From Nemertoderma westbladi (lineage: Eukaryota; Animalia; Xenacoelomorpha): a stretch of 60,592 nt of DNA. The notes under the pieces were generated by a model, which did no database searches, was not told the origin of the DNA, and worked only from the letters and a program-made list of their open reading frames with translations. The first letter of the stretch is position 1; each line of letters opens with the position of its first letter. The stretch lies in contig JAUCBJ010004648.1 in NCBI GenBank assembly GCA_032718475.1, positions 1 through 60,592 on the forward strand, in the 5' to 3' direction. Shown piece by piece: positions 50,542 through 60,592 of the stretch. A program made the position numbers and the translations under genes.

Positions 50542-51450
50542 GATACTATTGAAGAGTTCGGGTGTCATATCCTTGGGTTCGGTTTGATCGTAGGATATCC
50601 AATAAAATGGTAGGCTCGCGAGCCTTCCGCCGAACTCCTCGATCTCGCCTTTCTCGTACGCCTTGTATGCTCTATACAAGCTTAGAGCTTCCCGTTTCTC
50701 TTGTGTCGACTTATTAGACTTGTCCACTATCATAATATAGACGTCCGGCTCAACTAATTTGGGCTCATAAATGACAATCTCGCCCGCGTTCGGTCCACTC
50801 ATCTTAAACGAGTGGTACGGATTCAGCAAAGGGTATCCGCCTTGTTGGTAATGCAGACTCTGGTGGTTTGGGCAACGCGCTAATATCGGCTCAGGGTTCT
50901 CCGGGTTCAAGCGCATAGGAATCGCGTTGTCTTGCTCACGCATACACCCTCCACATTTATAGAACAGTTTATAAATGGAGAACGCGTTCTTAGTTTCCGG
51001 ATCCTCTCCTCGAGCGCGTCTATAAAGATGCATCCCATCAAATTCGTCCCTAGCTGCAGGCAAGGGTTCACTCGCAGTCAAATATTGCAGCATGTGATAT
51101 AATCGGCGTATCTCCGTGTCTGGATCCTCGCAAATGTCGCTAGCGTCGCATAATGCAAAACCGTCGTAGGGGTACAACGCATTGAACTACGCGCGTAACT
51201 CCTCCACTCTCTTGTTATAAGCATCTAATCGCTGTCACGTAACATTTGGATCCGCCTTGGACTTAGCTGGCTTGGCTGTACTTCTAGCCATACTCTCAAC
51301 TCCAAACACGTTAAAGTTTCGGCCCCGTATCGGTTGAATGGTGCCTGGTGCTCCTGCTCCTGCGTATATCCCTGACGTAACTCTTTATACATCTTCTCCA
51401 CCATCATATACACGTATATATGGTTACATATCATTACGTTCTACTAGATG
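50542..51450 (-). pseudogene. ORF3 homologue of element C (N-terminal part), disrupted by insertion of element B
   Basis: DPDTEIRRLYHMLQYLTASEPLPAARDEFDGM...LFYKCGGC aligns with A ORF3 DPVVELKRLYFTMMYLTADRPLPVIPDSFEQM...LWYYCDEC; lies downstream of integrase. Confidence 0.8.
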
Positions 51451-52094
51451 AAGCAGAAATAGAGGTTAGATGTGAGGAGACTTAGAGTTTTATCGGCTTT
51501 TGGCTCAACTTTGCTCTAAAACACCTACCCATTTGCCTAAGATTTCGGGTTTCGCGTGATTTCGCACTGGCTCCTAATCCAAAATGTGCCGATAAAAAAC
51601 GAATTCCAGGTAAACTAGCCGCGAGTCTAAAATACTCACCTTTTAATCCCAAACTACTTCCCAAAGAAAATAAAGCAGTTGAGAATTAATCAGACTTATA
51701 ATAATAGACACGACTATGGAACAAGGCCAATTTTCTTTTCCAAAAAATTTTTTCCATCCATTCCTTCCATCTGCTCTTGTCCCTCTCCAATTTTAATTTT
51801 ATCCAACCGTATCCTGGAATTCGTCCATTGGAGAATCGTTTTTCTTAAATTTAAATCCAAATGAATGGATTTGTCTAATAATTTTTGAAAAATTGACTCA
51901 CTTGTGGGTTCCAAGTGGAATTCCATTCCTACTGCAAACACAATCCCGCTCCTATGTGATACATAAGGGTACTACCCTCCATGTTCACAAATAAAGACAA
52001 TGGAATTCCACCACTGTCTTTATCTACAGTGAAGAGGAATACAAATGTACATACAGTAATACAAAATACCAAAATCGCTAAAATACAGTAAGGC

Positions 52095-55060
52095 TATATG
52101 GCAACCATCGAGGGTCCCACATCTCTATTTACTGAGATTGGGTGGAGATTTGTAGTCTCCTGTCTCGTTTCTAGTCTCCTCAAGGAGCATGAGACGTTGT
52201 ACAGACAGGCCTATCTATGGTGCGTCCATCAATAGTCCATACATTAACTGTCCTTACTACACCAGATGTCGGGTGCGTGGTCAAAATGACTCCAGTCAGC
52301 CAAACCCGTCATTTCAAATTGGTTTCAGCCAATAAAACATGGTCACCGCATCTTAAACATCGGGTATTAAGATACCAAGAGGTTCTGGTCGAAATAGAGA
52401 GCAAATAGTACTTCTGCCATATTTCCCAGAATTTGTTGGTTAACAATTGAGTGATTTTCCAAGCTTTGTTGCCGTATCCGTCACTATCGACAGGTACCGA
52501 AGTGGGCAACAATGTCGTCGGCGCCTGCATAAGCAGGTGCGCTGGTGTCAAGGCAAACTTGGAGTCGTTGTTGTCTGGGATCAAAGCAATCGGTCTAGTG
52601 TTCAACACCGCTTCGATTTCTATTAACAACTTCGTCAGTTGGTCGTTTGTTAAGATACGTTGTGTCGGTATTACTTTCGCCATAGCCGTCTTGATTGACC
52701 CAAGCAATCTCTCCCAAACGCTGCCTCTCCATGGACTGTCAGAAGTGTCCAATGGTTTGGTCCAATTTCTTTAAGGCTCTAGTGATTTCATTCCATGCAC
52801 CTACAAAGTTAGTCCCTTGGTCGCAATAAATGGATTTGACCAATCCACGTCTAGCGATAAATCGCTGTAAGGCTAGGATAAAGGCATTGGTGGTCAAATC
52901 TGTCACACGCTCTATATGAACAGCTCTGCTGGCCATGCAAGTGAAGATTAATCCCCAGCGTTTTACCTGTACCCTTCCGCATTTCGCAATTAGAGGTACA
53001 AAACTGTCTATCCCTGTCTCAAAGAAAGGGGGTCTAAAGGCCTGTAACCTTGCTAACGGTAGTTCACTCATCTCTTGATGTCCTATCCTCGCGTGCACCT
53101 TCTTACAAATAATACTTGTAAATTATAGGTCTCCAACTCAAGATCGGTGAAGACTTGATCTGTTTACCCTGATTGATCACTGTGAACTCTCGTGCGAAAT
53201 ATCGCAATTGATAATGTCTAATAATATCAACTTCACAACTACCAACTTCATCCAAGGTAAGTCTTCTAGGAAAGTCGCGTTTGCCTCTGGCATATTGTCT
53301 CAAACGTTTGAGCCACTTGCGGCACGCATCAGTCCATGATCTAGTTAGGTTAACTATCCTGTCAACATAAGTGTTGGTGATGTCATCAGGTAAGGTATAG
53401 TCAAAGTGTGGATACTTGTTCAGACTTGGTAGGCCCACGGGCCTTCCGGTGAGTGTCTCACGTTGTACAATAGGTTTGTCTGAGTCCTTAACTACTTCAA
53501 TCTCCATGGTCTTACCTTTACCGTCCGCACTCAGTGAATTGACTGGAAGTAACGGTTTCAACTCTACGGTATCAGTGTGTTCCTGTGGGCTTGTAAGCCT
53601 CCTAACCTTAGTCATACGTTTACCTGTAGGCTGTAAGTCAAGTATTTTCCTTGAACGGAGTGTGATCGCTGTGGCCACACCTTCGTTGTCCAATGAAGTC
53701 AAAATAGGTAAGTTGTTAATACCTAGTGGGTGTGTACTAGTCCGCTCCAATGGTTTCATTGCGGCTTTATAGCACACGTTGTTACTTTCCGATTGATTGT
53801 CTAGTGGAAAGTCTGGTAGACAGTCTGGTGAGGCGTCCGGCGAACAGTCTGGTGAGACGTCTGGTTAAACATATCACGGAACTTCCGGCGAAACGTCCTG
53901 TCGTCTGTCCCAAAGAAAGTCTGGCGTAGCTTCTGTCAGAATGTCTGGTCTAAAATCTAGTGGACAGTCTGTCGAGATGTCTGGTGGAAAGTCTGGTGAG
54001 ACGTCCGGTAGACAATCTGTTGAGAGCTCCATTAAGCAATCTGGCGAATAATCCGGAAAACAATCTGGTGTCGCTTCTGGCGAATAATCTGGTGAGACAT
54101 CTGGTGAACAATCCGGCGAAACGTCTGGTGAAATCCCCTGCGGAACATCCGGTGAAAGATTCGCTAGTACGCCTGGTCGAGTGTCTGGTGATACGTCTGG
54201 AGTAATGTCAGGTATAATGTCCAGGTCATCAGATTTCGTCTGTCCTTGTTTCCTCTTGACCTTGGTGTTGGCTTTCGCTTTCGACTCGACAACAGTGTCG
54301 ATTTTTATCTCGGCACCCTCCGGTATGATGTTAGTTTTCGCGTCAAATAACAGTGGCCATTCGTCCGATGGTCGCTATAGGAAGTCAGGTCCTCTAAACC
54401 AAAAGGATTTATTGTCCGGTTTACAAAAGTCAATAGGTAACATCCCCCGTGACGCGATGTCAGCTCGGTTCAGTTTCCCTGGACAGTGACGCCAATCTTG
54501 TTTGAGAAGTATTTCAGCCCCTCTGTTGGCTACGAAAGTCTTGAACTTGAATGTTTCGTTATTTATGTACCAAAGTACTGACGTCGCATCAGTCCAATAT
54601 GTGACCTTCCAGTTAGCCTCCAGCTCGCGTTGAACTAGACTGACAACATCGGTGGATATCGTCCCGGCTTGTAGCTCTCCACGAGGTACAGTCATATACT
54701 TTAATGGCATGGTTTTTGGCCTTGAAGTAACGAGAAACACTTCGTAGCTGTCCGAAGTCACTTGTCGTCTAAGGTATAGAGTAACCCCCAGTCCATCCTT
54801 ATTAGCGTCGCTCAAGCTGTGAAGCTCCAAGTCGGCAGGAAAGGTTGTCTGTAAAGGAAAATATACCCTTGGGATCGTATAGTCCTGTAAGAAAGTCAGT
54901 TGGGCTTCCCAGTCCCTCCATTGCTGAGCTAACTTTTCTGGGATGGGATCATCCCATTCCAGTCCGGCTTGCCAAATGCTGCGGAGTATGATCCAAGCAT
55001 GTAGGATCACTGGACTAATGAAACACAGTGGGTCATACAGTCGATATTGTTTTGAGGGTA
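52095..55060 (-). pseudogene. Element C pol remnant: RNase H, linker and integrase (BEL/Pao)
   Basis: YDPL..ISP, LHSLSDAN, VPRGEL, YWTDA, WRHCPGKLNRADIASRG, ETGIDSF, CDQGTNFVGA, WERLLGSIK, LNTRP. Confidence 0.9.
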
Positions 55061-55084
55061 TATACAGTAGGAATAGTTTCTGTA

Positions 55085-55542
55085 CCTGACCCCAAAAAAC
55101 CCCAATTGCGAATAAAACAAGTTTCAAACAATCAATTTACAAAATTGACATATTTCAAAATTTGGTGCTGGCACCAAAATTTGGCACCCGCCGAAAAAAA
55201 ACAAGTTTGAAATTTCTAAAGTAATTTATATGAATTCCACCCAATTGCTAACACCAAAAAAACCGGTGTAAATAAAAAATATAGATGTTACAAATCATAT
55301 TTAATGAACTGTAATTTTCCAAAAACGTCTAAAAAAAGTGCCAAAAGTAGGGTTAAAAAATGGTGCTATAACTCTAAACTACCCATTATTTTTGAAAACG
55401 GTTTTAACTACTAGGAAGACAATAGATTTTTAGGAAAAGTCATAAAATTTCAGATTCCCAACTGCGTTTGTTTCAGAATTATTATAAAAAAACCACGGGG
55501 GGGTAGGGTCATATTGACCCCCCCCCCCCCCCCCCCATAGGG
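55085..55542 (-). mobile_element. Truncated copy of the piggyBac-like element
   Basis: Reverse complement of ~25347-25810; ends ATAGGG followed by TTAA (55543-55546). Confidence 0.85.
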
Positions 55543-55549
55543 TTAATTG

Positions 55550-56460
55550 CCTCTTTGAAGGCAGTATAACCCTTGCCACAGTGATTTTGGGTGTTGTGGC
55601 AAAAATCATACCTGTTGTTCATCCGCATTGTGAAGCTCGATCTCACATTGAACTGCTGCAATGGAGATAACAGATCATGCTGAGGTGGCAAGGCATAATG
55701 TTAGATTTGATATCATGGACATTAAATCTCACCTTAGCCAAAAAGACTATGGTGAAAAAGGGATAAGAGGTTAAGTGTACTTGAGTGCAATATAGTACAG
55801 ATCTCCTGTATTTTTTATGAACCAGTATATTGCCAGTTTAGAAGTTAAGACCACTGGGTCCAGTTCTATCCATTGTATTCAAATTCGCTACTTGATCTAC
55901 TATCAATTTCGAACGATGAGGTCCTGAAGATGGACTAAATTTCGATTGGTTGACGCTATTTTCTTAGTCCCACAGCAATGCTGATAATTTAAAACCCACT
56001 AACAGGCTTTAAAATCACACAGAAAAGTGAAGAATACATGACTTTCCACTCCATAATGAAGCTACTTGACTATTCTGCGAGAATATTTCAACCCTTGTTA
56101 TTAAGGAACACAATTTGGTGAATATTACACAATCAGAACCATCTTTACCTTTTTTTAGCCAGTCCTCCATCAGATGATAAGTGGAAACTGATGATGCAGT
56201 TGGTGATTTAGTCTATGTTGTCCAAAAAAAGGTTCATGTGGAATCATTAACAAAACCAATTCCTCCATTTCCAATGTCGATTTCTATGGTGAGGGCAAGT
56301 CACCAACACCCTCCAGTATCTCTAATGAGATCCGCACCAGTCTGAATTTGGTGCTCTTGAACTCCTTCTGCTTGAGTGAAGGCAAAGCATACCTGTCGGA
56401 GCTGCTAGCTCGCCTTTTTTTCAGTGAGGGCTCATGTGTTAGAAGGTTAAGTTTAAGGCT
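55550..56460 (-). mobile_element. Highly decayed RTE-like endonuclease/linker fragment
   Basis: Patchy reverse-complement similarity to ~21780-22550. Confidence 0.5.
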
Positions 56461-56740
56461 AGTTAAGTGACTTGTTTCATGTTCACCAACTAACCGCTGA
56501 GTGAGTTGGAGTAGAATGTTAGAGTATCCTCAAACTGTAGTATCCTTCTTCCCCGTACAACCTGGTACCTTTGGTAACCCAGGGTTTGGGCAAGAAAGAT
56601 CATCAGGTCATAAATGGCGCTTGTGATGCCATCTTGGTACAATTTTTCCACTGGTTCCCAATGATTATTCCGCATTATTGAAGTATTCCAAAGTGAGGGT
56701 TAAGGGGTGTATGATTTATACGATATAAGTACATACTTAC

Positions 56741-56973
56741 CCTTGAACCAATAATTCGGAAGGCGCAACAATCCTGTCGATTGTAGATATTAACCAGACC
56801 AATGGTTAGGTCGTCAAACCCAATATCAACCCACCACCAATCCTGTGGTAAATAGTCTTGAGTGTGGAAACAAGAACCAGCAGCGAAATTGGAGTTGGTA
56901 TTTCCATCGACTCCTCTCGAAGATGGGGAATGGTAGCTACTCAAACCGGTGGGTCTCCCAAAGGCTAAGTTAC
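56741..56973 (-). CDS. Host gene exon: N-terminal half of an F-type lectin domain
   Basis: TTTTTAG acceptor and GTAAGT donor. Reads NLAFGRPTGLSS..SSRGVDGNTNSNF..GSCFHTQ..WWWVD..IYNRQDCCAFRI, with the His...R-x-D-x4-R fucose-binding motif. Confidence 0.92.
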
Positions 56974-57049
56974 CTAAAAAAAATGTATGGAATTAATTTC
57001 GCACTCAATTGCTAGGAATTATTATTTTTTAAGGTGTTGGGATTTATTA

Positions 57050-57730
57050 GAGATTTGTGATTTGAGGCCATTGAACATAATCTCAAAAGATGGTATGCTT
57101 GAGCAAGTCGACGACTTCTGTTACCTGGGATCATGGATCCTGAAGTCAGGTGAGGAGGACCCTCGAAAATGTAAGGGAAAGACAAGGGCAGCAGTAAATG
57201 GGCTTTCCAGGATTTGGAAGTCACATATAATTCTTCGGAAACTTAAGGTACGATTATTTAGAGCAGCAGTAGTTCCAGTACTCCTCTATGGGAGTCCATG
57301 CTGGGCTCTAACTGCTGAGGACACCAAATCTTTCGATGGCACATTCACAAGAATGCTACGCCGGGTACATTATGTCAAGTACAATGCACACATCTCCAAC
57401 CAGACACTATATAACATTGGATGTGTCTCATTGGTTCCCCCAAGCTTGACACTAGAACAAAGTCGCCTCCGCTTTGCAGGACATTGCTTTCGCCGTGAGG
57501 ACCAGCCAGTGCATAATCTTGTGCTTTGGCAGCCTCATGGAGTGAATAAGCATGGTCGACAGCCCATGACTTTCTTGAGACGCATATTAAAGGACTGGCC
57601 TTGGAGATGCGGATGATCTAGCAAATGTCATGGGTGATAGGGAGTTGTGGCGGCGCAATTTTGTCGACAAGCCGGCACAGCATTCTTAAAAATGCAGCTG
57701 CAATGCTGCATGTCGATCCTAGTAGTAGTA
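57050..57730 (+). mobile_element. 5'-truncated RTE-group LINE (3' end)
   Basis: LEQVDDFCYLGSW...KVRLFRAAVVPVLLYG...RLRFAGHCFR; homologous to ~23530-24170; (TAG)n tail. Confidence 0.88.
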
Positions 57731-58174
57731 AGGATTATTGCCATCATACAAAATTGCTTAACACCTATAAATAATGATTAACACTAGTTAGCATAATTGG
57801 CATAATGCAACTTGAAGTATTTTGTACTATTAACCAAAACACCAAAACACTAATTAAGTGTTTTGGTACAAATAAATGTGTGAGTAATGGGAAATAATAT
57901 TTCCCCTTAATGTATTTAGATATATTGTATCTAAATATAGAGTAATCATGGTTTTCTATACTATTGGAATTGGAGAGTTAATAAATGTAACAAACTATTG
58001 GAACAAGGTTTGTAAACAATATCACCATATGCTTAGATTATCATACATTATAATTATAATACTTTAAACTTTATCTATATTCGAATTAAAATTTTTTAAA
58101 CAATGTTATATAATAACTAATAAGATCCATACTACATCTATGGTATACTGTAGTCATAAATACTTCTACCTTAC

Positions 58175-58333
58175 CTGTTGGAACGGACTGACAGATTTTG
58201 TCATCACCAACGCAATGGTTTGAATATCCCGTATACCCCACAATTGTGTGACAGAGACGAGTGAGTGATCTTTGATAGGTACCACACTCGCTATCCCATA
58301 ACCACGTGGTTGTGTATTCCGACCAGAAGCTTG
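58175..58333 (-). CDS. Host gene exon: thrombospondin type-1-like repeat
   Basis: TTACAG acceptor and GTAAGG donor; 159 bp, phase 1-1, in frame with the next lectin exon. Reads SFWSEYTTTWLWDSECGTYQRSLTRLC...CVGDDKICQ. Confidence 0.7.
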
Positions 58334-58771
58334 CTGTAACAACAAACATTTTTATATATAAGAAATTAGGATTGATATAATTTCTTCTAGAATGGTCTAT
58401 CATCTATCATACTGAGAAAACTAAAGTGCTGCAATGGCTTTGTGACACTTTCAGTCCATTATGTGAGAAAGGTACATCTGATATACAATAGCTGGTAAGT
58501 GTACTAAACTGCTAGTGCACACTAAATCTGTACAAATATTTCTAACGAACAGTTGTCTTGGTTAAAATAAATTTAGTAGACAATTATTAATCCCTGTAAT
58601 TGTATGCAAGGGATTGAACCTTGATAACCAAATACCGACTGTTGATCAATGAGACTCATTCTGAACATAAAGTAAATACGCGAGAAATCATGCAAAGGTC
58701 CGCGTCTACTAACGCATGAACTATCTCCTTGAATGGCTTACTACCAATCTTACAACAAAAAAACATTCAGT

Positions 58772-58830
58772 GGAATAGGGGATTGAACTCGGTACCTAGA
58801 GATTCCAAGTCCCACGCTCTATCAACTGGG
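58772..58830 (-). other. Degenerate tRNA-like (A/B box) sequence, probable SINE head
   Basis: Minus strand CCCAGTTGATAGAGCG...GAGTTCAATCCC; no complete cloverleaf. Confidence 0.35.
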
Positions 58831-59645
58831 GAAGGGCTGTGGTAAAACAGACTGTAAATAAGGGGGGAAAACAAATACGGGGAAAAATGACCAGAGATGG
58901 AGAAGAAAAATCAGAGAGGAAGGAAAAAAGCAATAATGTATATTTGTACCATACATATTTTTATTATAATTTTTATACATTTGTAAATATTGAAACATCA
59001 ATATTAATATTATATGAGAATATGTACTATACATAATATAGATAGAGCATTGTATATATATATTAAATATATAGGCCTTGCGAAATCATCTTGTACGTTA
59101 GTAAAAGTCATTCAGTTCCTCTTAGTGTCGTTATATTGTTCCAAAATTGATTTATTATCAATGTAAGGACACCATATGGCAGATCTCAGATGTGTCGTGT
59201 CCCCTCAAAATATATTATGTTCGAAGCCGTCAGGTATTTTATTGAAGTTTGCAATGTATTTATAGCAGTTAGGGCATCTTCGTTTGTCTCATTCGTTTGG
59301 CTCTCATCTATAAGTCGAGACTAACGTGTAGTCATTTGGGAGCAGCCTGTATCTAATAATATAATACCACCAACCTCAACTATTGGATCTATTTTACTAA
59401 AATATCTTTAGTAAACAATTATCCTTTACGTCTAGCTATCAACGTATCTTCCTATAAGACAAGGCTATGTTTATCTCAAAGATCCGTTAGCTTTCAGGGC
59501 TAACAATATGGATCTCTGTCCCCTCTGCTGCCGTAAAACATAAAAAATCTAAAATACAGTACCCTTTTCGAAACACTTATACGTCACCTTCTAAATATAT
59601 TAAAGTACACTTTAAACAATGAATACAATCAAACATATATTTTAA

Positions 59646-60592
59646 GGGGGGGGGGGGGGGGGGGGGGGGGGGTAGCACCCCCAAATTGAACCTCACATTT
59701 TTGTGTCTCTGGACCATAAAATTGGGTGAAAATTATTTTTTGAGCTACTAAACATCGTCTGGACTGTTTGAGAATAACCAAACCAAATATTTTTAAAATT
59801 GGCCCCAAAATGGCTCCGTAATGGCCAAAAGTGCCTTTTTGCGCCAAGGGCTATTTCTCCACCAATATTTGTTGAAATTTGTCGAAATTTGGAATATGGG
59901 TTCAGAAGAACCCTGCATCCAATTCTTCTGAACAAATTTTGCCACAAATGCTCTGGAGCCTTTTTAGAACAAAAAGGCAAAGGCCAAAAAAGGGCTTTTT
60001 TGGGCCTTTTTGATATAAAAAGGCTCCAGGGCATTTCCAACCAAATTTGTTAAGAAGAAGTATGGAGAAGGGTAATCTTAACAAATGTACCAAATGTCAA
60101 CTCATTTCATTTATAACTGGCGGAGAAATAGCCCTTTTCATGACAAAACGTCATTCTGAGATATGGGTATTTAAAGTTTAAGAAACAATTCAAACCTTCC
60201 CGCTATTTTAGATAATACCATTTTTCTATGTCCAACAATAACTTTGTCAAAAATGAATGAAATTTAACGAAATTTTTCATGCTTGCTAAACTTATAATAT
60301 AACTAGTAAAATAACCTTTAATATATAAAGCTAAACATATAACCAGTAAAACAACTTTCTAGCAATTTTATTCATATCTGTAACGAAAGAGCCTTTTCTA
60401 TAAAAAGGGCCTCTTACAATTGTAATACATAGTGCTGCTCGAAGGCTTTTCAAAACTCAGACCAGCTCTTACGTTTTGGGTAATAACTTCAGTTTGAGAA
60501 AAGATATGAGAAAACTGCTTGCAGATTTCAAATCTCCATTAAATTTGGCACATGATAGAACAAAAAAACTTTTTTGTCAATTTGCAAAATAG
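59646..60592 (+). mobile_element. Non-autonomous DNA transposon (Kolobok-like), possibly running off the window
   Basis: Begins TTAA|GGGGG...; homologous to the inverted 303-985 up to ~60385. The right boundary is not seen. Confidence 0.55.

Noticed and set aside
58772-58830. Functional tRNA gene
   Set aside because: Only A/B-box remnants; acceptor and anticodon stems are not recoverable.
58822-59034. Signal-peptide first exon of the lectin gene
   Set aside because: AT-rich low-complexity ORF with no convincing phase-1 donor site.
303-60385. Apparent window-wide inverted symmetry (MITE, LINE, piggyBac-like and BEL pairs) as one giant palindrome or composite transposon
   Set aside because: The paired copies are substantially diverged, not collinear, and have independent boundaries; separate insertions explain them better.

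Overview
Transposon-dense eukaryotic (invertebrate-type) genomic DNA. It holds four BEL/Pao-type LTR retrotransposons. Element A (1404-19698, minus strand, TSD GTGTT) is full-length and young. Element B (35362-50536, plus strand, TSD AAGGT) is an internally deleted relative of A. Elements C and D are decayed members of a second family; B is nested in C, and C is nested in D. The window also has a solo LTR, RTE-like and CR1/L2-like LINE remnants, and TTAA-flanked non-autonomous DNA transposons. Three exons of a host gene (TSP1-like repeat plus F-type lectin domain, minus strand) are present, and the lectin domain is split by a ~35.9 kb intron that contains most of the repeats. The most unusual signal is a three-part system in these BEL elements. 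(1) There is no tRNA primer-binding site. Instead, the 9-12 nt directly after the 5' LTR are complementary to a motif inside the element's own LTR, and the two sequences co-vary between elements, suggesting Tf1-like self-priming. (2) A 1417-aa extra ORF after pol encodes a WRN/RNase D-like DEDDy 3'-5' exonuclease plus CCHC zinc knuckles, with a diverged homologue of its N-terminal part in the second family. (3) A conserved RNA stem-loop structure with compensatory base changes lies directly upstream of that ORF. All comparisons were made by eye; no database searches or folding programs were run.
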